Source: Alphaproteobacteria bacterium | GTDB taxonomy: Bacteria; Pseudomonadota; Alphaproteobacteria; JAPOUT01; G958296285 | NCBI GenBank assembly: GCA_965204775.1 | Contig: CBDBFH010000023.1 | Coordinates: 2,007 to 66,006, forward strand | Length of the DNA: 64,000 nt | Reading direction: 5' to 3' | In this document: in pieces, positions 55,271 to 62,592 of the stretch | Layout: each line of letters begins with the position of its first letter | Position numbering within the stretch: position 1 is the first letter of the stretch | Program-made: the position numbers and the translations under genes | Notes under the pieces: generated by a model | Told to the model about the DNA's origin: nothing | Seen by the model: only the letters and a program-made list of their open reading frames with translations | Databases searched by the model: none

Positions 55271-55347
55271 GCAGCCGTAGCTCAGTTGGTTAGAGCGCTT
55301 GATTGTGGATCAAGAGGTCGCTGGTTCAATTCCAGCCGGCTGTACCA
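55271..55347 (+). tRNA. tRNA-His (anticodon GUG), no encoded G-1, G1:U72, A73, CCA encoded
   Basis: GCAGCCG...GCTC-AGTTGGTTA-GAGC, anticodon arm CTTGA-TTGTGGA-TCAAG, T arm GCTGG-TTCAATT-CCAGC, CGGCTGT-ACCA. The preceding base is T. Confidence 0.9.
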
Positions 55348-55422
55348 TGGGATGTTCCGGGGGGATGTTCCGGGGCCTTTTGTGGGCGTGGGTTACCTGT
55401 TTTTTTTGCGCGAGGGGTGGGG

Positions 55423-56292
55423 ATGGCGGCTTTGATTCGCAGTGCGGTGTTTCCGGTTGCCGGGATCGGGCGGCGTCTGCTTCCGGCGACCAAGGTGATC
55501 GCCAAGGCGCTGTTGCCGGTGGTGGACCGGCCCTTGCTGGATTATGCGGTGCAAGAAGCGCGGGGGGCGGGGATTGAGCGATTTATTTTTATCACCGGGC
55601 GCGGCGGCGCGGCGGTGCGCGATTATTTCTCGCCCGATCCGGCTCTGGAAGCGCAGCTGGAGGAGATCGGGGCCGAGGCGGAGCGCGGCGTTTTGCGCGG
55701 GCTGTCTCTTCCGGAGGCGCATTTCATTGAACAGAAGGGGGCGCGGGGATTGGGGGCGGCGATTTTATGCGCCCGTGCGCTGCTGGACGGGGAGGTCTTT
55801 GCGGTTTTACTGCCCGATGATCTGATTCTTGCCGAGCCGGGTTGCCTGGCGCAGATGATGGCGGCTTATCCGGAGGGCGGCCACATGGCGGCGGTTCAAG
55901 AGATTGCCCGCGCGGAAAGCGGGCGCTACGGGATTCTGGCTCCCGGCAGGGAGGAAGGCCGCCTGATCGAGGCGCGCGGCCTGATCGAGAAGCCTGCGCC
56001 GGAAGTTGCGCCTTCGCGGCTGGCGGTGATCGGGCGCTATATTCTGGGCCCGGAGATTTTTGCGGCGCTGGCGGCGCAGGGGCCGGGGGCCGGGGGCGAG
56101 GTTCAGCTGACCGATGCGCTGGCGGCGCTGGCCGGGCGGCAGGCGGTTTATGGCTTTCGGTTTGAGGGCGAGCGGCTGGACGCCGGCACGCCGGGCGGTC
56201 TGGCGGCGGCAGGCGCGCGTCTGGCGCTGGCGCGCCCCGGGACGGCGGCGGCGCTGCGGGCGGCGGGGGTCGGGCGGACCGGCGGGACGTGA
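55423..56292 (+). CDS. galU: UTP--glucose-1-phosphate uridylyltransferase
   Basis: AVFPVAGIGRRLLPATKVIAKALLPVVDRPLLDY...LPDDLI...VIGRYIL. Confidence 0.9.
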   Translation: MAALIRSAVFPVAGIGRRLLPATKVIAKALLPVVDRPLLDYAVQEARGAGIERFIFITGRGGAAVRDYFSPDPALEAQLEEIGAEAERGVLRGLSLPEAHFIEQKGARGLGAAILCARALLDGEVFAVLLPDDLILAEPGCLAQMMAAYPEGGHMAAVQEIARAESGRYGILAPGREEGRLIEARGLIEKPAPEVAPSRLAVIGRYILGPEIFAALAAQGPGAGGEVQLTDALAALAGRQAVYGFRFEGERLDAGTPGGLAAAGARLALARPGTAAALRAAGVGRTGGT

Positions 56293-56343
56293 CGGGCAAA
56301 GCCGCCCGGATTTGTTATAAAGCGCCAGGGGGACCAAGAGACC

Positions 56344-57396
56344 ATGCCGCCTTCTGCCGAAAAGCGCGCGCCTGCCGCCGAAGAGTCTGCCGCCCGGCGC
56401 GATCATCCAGATCATGGGGATCATGATCATGATCATGGGCGGGAGCGCGGCGCGCTGGCCTCGGCCCGGCGCACAGTTGCTCTGGAGATTGAGGGGTTGC
56501 GGGCGCTGGCGGCGAGTCTGGACGAGTTTTTCGTGCAGGCGGTGGAGCGGCTGTCGGCGATTGCGGGGCGGGTGATCGTTTCCGGGATTGGCAAGAGCGG
56601 CCATGTTGCGCGCAAGGTTGCGGCGACGCTGGCCTCGACCGGGACGCCGGCGCAATTTGTTCATCCTGCCGAGGCCAGTCACGGCGATCTGGGGATGATT
56701 ACGGATCAGGACGCTTTGCTGGTTTTCTCGCGTTCGGGGGAGAGCGCGGAGTTGGGGGATTTGGCGGCCTATTCGCGCCGCTTCCGGATTTTGCTGATTG
56801 CGGTGTGCGCCAACCGGTCGAGTGCGCTGGCGGGCCTGGCGGATATTGTTTTGCCTTTGCCGGCGGCGGAGGAAGCCTGCCCGATTGGTCTGGCCCCGAC
56901 GACCTCTACGACGATGCAGCTGGCGCTGGGCGATGCGCTGGCGCTGGCGCTTCTGGAGCGCAGCGGCTTTACCGCCGCGCGCTTTCGCGATTTTCATCCC
57001 GGCGGGCGTTTGGGGGCGGGGCTGAAGAGTCTGCGCGATTTGATGCACACCCCCCCTGCCCTGCCCTTATGCGCGGAGAATCTGCCGATGTCGGAGGCGC
57101 TGCTGATCATGTCGCAGAAAGGGTTTGGCTGCATCGGGGTGGTTGATGGATCGGGGCGTCTGGCCGGGGTGATCACCGACGGGGATTTGCGCCGGCACAT
57201 GGATGCCGGTCTTCTGCGCCGCCCGGCGCGGGCGGTGATGACGCCGGGGGGGCAGAGCGCGCCGCCGGATATGCTGGCCGCCGCCGCTCTGGAGAAGATG
57301 AACCGGGCGCGGATCACAACTTTGTTCGTGGTCGAGGCCCGCAAGCCGGTCGGGCTGGTTCACATTCATGATTTTCTGCGCGCCGGCCTTGCCTGA
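56344..57396 (+). CDS. kdsD: KpsF/GutQ-family arabinose-5-phosphate isomerase (SIS + CBS pair)
   Basis: GIGKSGHVARKVAATLASTGTPAQFVHPAEASHGDLG, then a C-terminal CBS pair. Unusual His/Asp-rich N-terminal extension. Confidence 0.85.
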   Translation: MPPSAEKRAPAAEESAARRDHPDHGDHDHDHGRERGALASARRTVALEIEGLRALAASLDEFFVQAVERLSAIAGRVIVSGIGKSGHVARKVAATLASTGTPAQFVHPAEASHGDLGMITDQDALLVFSRSGESAELGDLAAYSRRFRILLIAVCANRSSALAGLADIVLPLPAAEEACPIGLAPTTSTTMQLALGDALALALLERSGFTAARFRDFHPGGRLGAGLKSLRDLMHTPPALPLCAENLPMSEALLIMSQKGFGCIGVVDGSGRLAGVITDGDLRRHMDAGLLRRPARAVMTPGGQSAPPDMLAAAALEKMNRARITTLFVVEARKPVGLVHIHDFLRAGLA

Positions 57397-57406
57397 TTTT
57401 CCGGCG

Positions 57407-59449
57407 ATGGCGCGGCGCGGGCTGCTGGCGCTGGCGCTGGCCGGCGGCGGGGCGGCGCAGACGCAGGCGCGGGCTCTGGAAAGCGACCCGCTTGTGATCA
57501 CCGGCACCGGTTTGGGGGTTTCGGCGCAGGAGCTGTCCGGGAACCTTGCCCGGATCGGCGGCGAGGCGATTGCCCGGACCGGCCACACCCATCCCGAACA
57601 GATTCTCAACCGGCTTCCGGGCGTGGCGGTGGCGCGCGGGAGCGGGCAGGAGCATTTGACGGCGATTCGCTCGCCGGTTTTGACCGGCGGGGCGGGGGCG
57701 GGGTCGTTTTTGTTTCTGGAGGACGGCGTGCCGCTACGCGCGGCGGGCTTTGCCAATGTCAACGGACTTTTTGAGGCTGTGCCGGAACTGGCCGAGGCGA
57801 TTGAAGTGGTGCGCGGCCCCGGCTCGGCGCTTTATGGCTCGAATGCGGTTCATGGTCTGATCAATGTTTTGTCGCGCGAAGCGGGGGCGGGGGATTTTCG
57901 CGCCGATGCGCTGGCCGGCCCGCATGGCCGGGCGAGCGCGGCGGTTTCGTCGAGTTCCGCGCCGGGCGGGGCGCAGGGCTGGCGGGGGGGGATAAGTTTC
58001 GCCCGTGACGACGGCTGGCGGGATTCGTCCGGCTTCACGCAGACCAAGTTTCAGGCCCGCTATGAGCGGGCCGGGGCGAAGGCGTCGCTCCGGCTGCTGT
58101 TGTCGGGGCATGACCTGAAGCAGCAGACGGCGGCCTATGTGCGCGGGGCGGACGCCTATCGCGACCTGGCGCTGGCGCGGAGCAATCCCGCGCCGGAGGC
58201 GTTTCGCACGGCGCGGGGGATTCGGCTGCAGGGCCGGATAGACTATGCCGCCGGGCCGGGCCTGCGTTTGGTTGTAACGCCCTATATGCGCCAGACCTGG
58301 ATGCGCTTTTTGATGCATTTTCTGCCCGGGACGCCGGTGGAAGAAAACGGCCATGTGAGTGTGGGGGTTCAGGCGCGGGCGCATTGGGCGCTGGCGGGCG
58401 GCCACAAGATTGCGCTGGGGGCGGATGCGGAATACACCGCGGGGGCTTTGCGCCAGGAGCAGGCCGAGGCCGGGCCGTTCGCCTCGCGCCCGGCGGGGCT
58501 TCATTATGACTATAAACTGCGCGCGCCGGTGGTGGCGCTGTTCACCCAGCAGAGCTGGAATCTGCCGGGCCCCTTGACGCTGCATGCCGGTCTGCGCTTT
58601 GAGCATGTGCGCTATGACTATGACAATCTGGCCGGGGCCGGCACGCTGGGGATTTACCGGCGTCCGGCGGACCGGCGCGATTCTTTTACGCTCCTGACGC
58701 CGAAACTGGGTCTGGTCTGGCGTGTATCGGAGTCCGAGGCGCTGTTTGTCAATCTGGCCCGGGGCAGCCGCGCGCCTCAGACCAGCGACCTCTACCGGCT
58801 GCAGGAGCAGCAAAGGCCGGGCGCGCTGGAGCCGGAGGAGTTGGACAGCATCGAGATCGGCTGGCGCGGATCGGAGCGCTGGTCGTGGGTTCAGTGGCGC
58901 TTTGAGGGGGTGGTGTATGGGATGCGCAAGCGGCATTTTCACTTCCGCAATGCCGACGGCCTGACGGTCGCCGATGGCCGCACCCGCCATTGGGGGATCG
59001 AAGCCGGACTGGAGGCCCGGCTGTTTGATCATATCCGGCTTTCGGCTTCGCGCTCCTATGCGCGCCACACCTATGACTTCAGCAATGAGATCATGAGCGA
59101 GCGCAGCCGGAGCGAGTCGATTCGCAAGGGGGATGACGTCGATTCCGCGCCGCGCTGGCTGGCCAATATTGCGCTGGCCTATGAGGACCGGCGGGGGGAG
59201 ATCGAGCTGCAATGGATTCATGTGGGCAGTTACGCGACCGACGCGGCCAATGACCACCGCTATCCGGGGCACAATTTGTTCAATCTGCGCGCCCGTCTGG
59301 CGCTGGGCCGCCGTTTTGGGGTTTTCTTTCATGTTCTGAATCTGACCGACCGGCGCTATGCGGAGCGGGCGGATTTTGCCTTTGGCAGTGACCGCTATTT
59401 TCCGGGCGAGCGGCGGCGCTTTCATTTTGGGCTGGAATTGCGGCTTTAA
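57407..59449 (+). CDS. TonB-dependent outer membrane receptor
   Basis: Signal LLALALAGGGAAQTQA. Plug-like LNRLPGVAVARGSGQEHLTAIRSPVL, IEVVRGPGSALYGSNAVHGLINV. Long beta-barrel. Confidence 0.85.
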   Translation: MARRGLLALALAGGGAAQTQARALESDPLVITGTGLGVSAQELSGNLARIGGEAIARTGHTHPEQILNRLPGVAVARGSGQEHLTAIRSPVLTGGAGAGSFLFLEDGVPLRAAGFANVNGLFEAVPELAEAIEVVRGPGSALYGSNAVHGLINVLSREAGAGDFRADALAGPHGRASAAVSSSSAPGGAQGWRGGISFARDDGWRDSSGFTQTKFQARYERAGAKASLRLLLSGHDLKQQTAAYVRGADAYRDLALARSNPAPEAFRTARGIRLQGRIDYAAGPGLRLVVTPYMRQTWMRFLMHFLPGTPVEENGHVSVGVQARAHWALAGGHKIALGADAEYTAGALRQEQAEAGPFASRPAGLHYDYKLRAPVVALFTQQSWNLPGPLTLHAGLRFEHVRYDYDNLAGAGTLGIYRRPADRRDSFTLLTPKLGLVWRVSESEALFVNLARGSRAPQTSDLYRLQEQQRPGALEPEELDSIEIGWRGSERWSWVQWRFEGVVYGMRKRHFHFRNADGLTVADGRTRHWGIEAGLEARLFDHIRLSASRSYARHTYDFSNEIMSERSRSESIRKGDDVDSAPRWLANIALAYEDRRGEIELQWIHVGSYATDAANDHRYPGHNLFNLRARLALGRRFGVFFHVLNLTDRRYAERADFAFGSDRYFPGERRRFHFGLELRL

Positions 59450-59537
59450 GGGGCGGGGCGCGGCTTTTTTGAAACTTTGCGCCACCCTATGCTACTCTTG
59501 CCGGGGCTGGGGGGCCTGACGGAGGCTTCCTGCGCCG

Positions 59538-60632
59538 ATGGTCGGCAAGATCGACCCTGCATCCCAGATTGATCCCCGGCTGGCGGCGGCGCCGGCGGCG
59601 GGCGGGGCGGCCTCGGCAGCGGGCGGGGCGGGGCCGGTCAAGATGCCGTCGCTGTCCCAGTTGATTCAGGATATGCAAGAAGAGGTCGCCTTCGCGCATA
59701 GCGAGCGGGCGGAGGAGAAGGATATTGAGTCCTATGAGTGCGAGGATTACTACGAGAATCTCTATGTTTATTTGATTGAGCGGATTGAGAAGGAATATCC
59801 GCCGGAAGACCCAGCGCATAATGGGCGGCGCAAGGTGTTTTTGGACCGGATTCGCGGGAGGGAGGCGAGCCGGGAGGAGATTGAAGCGGCGCTGGGCGAG
59901 GCGAGCGGGGATTCGGCGGAGCAGCTGGCTTTGCTGCGCGCAGCGGCGCAGGACGCAGGGGTTTCGGAGCAGAGCCGGGAGCGGCTGGCGGGTCTGGCGC
60001 GCGATCTGGTTCGCACGCAGGGGCCGCGCATGATTGCCGGCCTGAACACGGCGGCGCTGGCGCGGACGGCGGCGGCGGGCGGCGGTCTGGAAGCGGAAAA
60101 ATTGCAGGCGGCCTATCAAAATTTGGTGAGCGACTATGCCGGGATTTTGCCCGCGCTGGCCGAGCTGGTGGACAAGGCTGGGGTTGCGGGGTTTGAGGAT
60201 GCGGCGGGCTTTATTTCGCGCGCGGCGGAGCGCGACCTGGCCGCCGAGCGCGCTTCGGCGCAACCGGCGCGTCTGGGGCGGATTTTGTCGGAGTTTCAAG
60301 GCGTCAAGATTTTCAACACGCTGCGCGAATGGTCGAACGGGATTGTCGCGCGCCTGGAGGCGGGGGCGCCGGGGGAGCGGCGCTTGAAGGCGGATGCGTT
60401 TTTTTCGCGCTGCCTGAGATTCATCACCCATCCGGAGCAGTTTCAAAGCCAGATCGCCGCGCCGCTGGCGGGGCTGGCGCCGGCGCGGCGGGTGGTGGTT
60501 TTGCAGGAGCTGCGGGCCGGGCTGCACGGTCTTCCCAACTATCTGTTTGACAATCAGGATCAGTCCAAGGCGCGCATTGTGTTTCCGGTGCAAAGCGAGA
60601 TTGACCGTCTGGTCTTTGAGGAAGAGGCGTGA
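59538..60632 (+). CDS. sctW: Type III secretion gatekeeper SctW (HrpJ/YopN/InvE family with a fused TyeA-like C-terminus)
   Basis: N-terminal EEVAFAHSERAEEK pattern. C-terminal RVVVLQELRAGLHGLPNYLFDNQDQSKARIVFPVQSEIDRLVFEEE resembles TyeA. GGAGG lies upstream. Confidence 0.72.
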   Translation: MVGKIDPASQIDPRLAAAPAAGGAASAAGGAGPVKMPSLSQLIQDMQEEVAFAHSERAEEKDIESYECEDYYENLYVYLIERIEKEYPPEDPAHNGRRKVFLDRIRGREASREEIEAALGEASGDSAEQLALLRAAAQDAGVSEQSRERLAGLARDLVRTQGPRMIAGLNTAALARTAAAGGGLEAEKLQAAYQNLVSDYAGILPALAELVDKAGVAGFEDAAGFISRAAERDLAAERASAQPARLGRILSEFQGVKIFNTLREWSNGIVARLEAGAPGERRLKADAFFSRCLRFITHPEQFQSQIAAPLAGLAPARRVVVLQELRAGLHGLPNYLFDNQDQSKARIVFPVQSEIDRLVFEEEA

Positions 60633-60639
60633 GGGGGCG

Positions 60640-60996
60640 ATGATCGGTCTGCGCGGATTTTACGAAGCTCTGTCGGTGAGCAGCCCGCCGGCGCCGCCGC
60701 ATTGTTTCCGGCTGGGGGCGGAAGGGGAGGTGTTTGCGCCGGAGGAGGCGGAGGGCTGTGCGCGGCGGGTGTATTTCGTCAGCTGCGCGGTGCGGGCGCG
60801 GGAGGCTGATCTGGAGCGCCTGCTGCGCGCCGCGCTGCCGGATGAGGGCGGACTGGAGATTTTCGCCTCCAGTCTGCGCGGCGGGCGGCTGTGTTTTTGC
60901 CTGCTCTCGCCGGGGGAGGCGGATGAAAGCCGGTCTGCCGCCGCCGCGGTTTTGCATATTGCCGCCTGCCTGCGGGACGGGCGGGGTCCGGGTTAG
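60640..60996 (+). CDS. Small acidic protein, possible T3SS chaperone-like
   Basis: 118 aa between sctW and sctD, with a GAGGGGG ribosome-binding site. Size, charge and position fit class I chaperones. No motif recognised. Confidence 0.4.
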   Translation: MIGLRGFYEALSVSSPPAPPHCFRLGAEGEVFAPEEAEGCARRVYFVSCAVRAREADLERLLRAALPDEGGLEIFASSLRGGRLCFCLLSPGEADESRSAAAAVLHIAACLRDGRGPG

Positions 60997-61005
60997 GGGC
61001 GGGCG

Positions 61006-62433
61006 ATGGCCGAGGCCGCGGCGCAAAGCGAAACGGGTCCGCCGCCGCAATGGGTTTTGCGGGTTTTGTCGGGCGCGCAGGCCGGGGCCGAGATTGCGCT
61101 GGCGACCGACCGCTATACGCTGGGCAGCGGCGCGGAGTGCGCGATTGTGCTGTCGGGCGAAGGGATTGAGGCCCGGCATCTGGAGGCTTTTTTCGCCGAC
61201 GGCCATTTGTCGATTTTGCGCAGCGCCGGGGAGACGTTTGTCTCGGGCGCGCGGGTTGACGGGACTTTGCTGGACATTGAGCCGCTGCAATTGATTTTGG
61301 TGGGAGGTACGGCGCTGGCCTATGGGCAGACCGCGGGGGTTTGGCCCGGCGCGGAGGAGGTGGCCGAGGCGCTGAAGGCGCGGGAGGCGCAGGCGCAAGC
61401 GGCGGAGGCCGGGGCGGAGGGTGTGCAGGAGGCGGCCAGCGCAGCGGCGCCGGCGGCGCGCTCCGGCGGGCGGGGGAGTTGGGCGCTTGGCGCTTGTTTG
61501 CTTCTTTTGTTTCCGGTGAGTCTGGCGCTGCTGGCGGCGAGCGTGATGCCGGGGGGCCTGCCCGGGGCGGGCTGGCTGCCTTCGGGAGGCGGGAATGCGG
61601 CGGGGGCGGGGGCGAAGGCGGGGGCGAAGGCGGAAGCGCAGATTCCGCCGGAGGTCTCCGCGCAAATTTTTGGCGATCCGGCCTTTGCCCATGTGCACTG
61701 GATCGGGCGGGCGGCGGGCGAGCGGCGGGCGCCGATTTTGCGCGGTTTTGTCGAGCGCGAGGCCGATCTCAACCGGCTGATTGCTTTGGGGTCGGGTTAT
61801 GGCGCGGAGTTTCAGCTGGTCAGCCTTGACAAGCTGCGCCGCTCGCTTGAGGTTTTGCTGCCGCTCTATGGCCCTTCGATGTTTTACGAGATTTCCCCGA
61901 CGCAAAAGGACACGGTTCGCCTGCGGATCGAAGGCATGGTTCGGGCGCAGGCGCAGATCGCCGCTTTGCGCCAGACGTTGCGGCGCGATCTGCCGGCGAT
62001 TTCGCAAATTGAGATGAATGTGATTGCGCAGGCGCGGGCGGCGGCGATTGTCGAGCGCGCGCTGCGGCGGCAAGCGGCTTTTGGCGGTTTGATGATTTCG
62101 GTGCAGGATTTGCAGGTGACGATATCGGGGACTCTCCTGGGCAATTTTCGGGAGCGCTGGAGCCGGATGGAGGCGGCGCTGCCTGCGCTGCTGCCGCGCG
62201 GGGTGGTTGTGCGGCGCGCGATTGGTTTTGGTCCGGAGTTTACGGGGCGGGTGGAGAGCATTGTGATCGGAGCGCGCCCGGCGGCGCGGATTGCGGGCGG
62301 GGCGGCGGGCGAGCAGCGGCGTTACCGGGAGGGGGACCGGCTGCCCGGCGGTTTTGTTCTGGAGAAGATTCAGCCTGACGGGCTGCGCCTGAAGGATGGG
62401 GGCGGGTCGTATTTTTATCCTCTGACGCCGTGA
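61006..62433 (+). CDS. sctD: Type III secretion inner-membrane ring protein SctD (YscD/HrpQ/EscD family)
   Basis: FHA-like N-terminus WVLRVLSGAQAGAEIALATDRYTLGSGAECAIVLSGEGIEARH, single TM WALGACLLLLFPVSLALLAASVM, about 270-aa periplasmic region. Confidence 0.75.
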   Translation: MAEAAAQSETGPPPQWVLRVLSGAQAGAEIALATDRYTLGSGAECAIVLSGEGIEARHLEAFFADGHLSILRSAGETFVSGARVDGTLLDIEPLQLILVGGTALAYGQTAGVWPGAEEVAEALKAREAQAQAAEAGAEGVQEAASAAAPAARSGGRGSWALGACLLLLFPVSLALLAASVMPGGLPGAGWLPSGGGNAAGAGAKAGAKAEAQIPPEVSAQIFGDPAFAHVHWIGRAAGERRAPILRGFVEREADLNRLIALGSGYGAEFQLVSLDKLRRSLEVLLPLYGPSMFYEISPTQKDTVRLRIEGMVRAQAQIAALRQTLRRDLPAISQIEMNVIAQARAAAIVERALRRQAAFGGLMISVQDLQVTISGTLLGNFRERWSRMEAALPALLPRGVVVRRAIGFGPEFTGRVESIVIGARPAARIAGGAAGEQRRYREGDRLPGGFVLEKIQPDGLRLKDGGGSYFYPLTP

Positions 62434-62592
62434 GCGGCGGGGGCGTTGCCAATCTCGTGATCGCCGGGACAGGATTTGTGTTTGCGCGCCGGGGCCCGCG
62501 CCGGGCTAGGCTGGCGGGGGCAGACCGGGCGATGCGTGCGCATGATTGGCAAGACTCCGATATTTCCCTCTTTGCAGGACACTGAGCGGCGT

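Noticed and set aside
59450-59537. Search for a T3SS regulatory box (hrp box GGAACC-N15/16-CCACNNA, PIP box TTCGC-N15-TTCGC, rhizobial tts box) or a terminator upstream of sctW.
   Set aside because: Only a TTGAAA hexamer and a gaaac...ccaccc pair with the wrong spacing are present. The G-rich tract followed by a T run after the TonB-receptor stop has no complementary stem. Nothing here can be supported.
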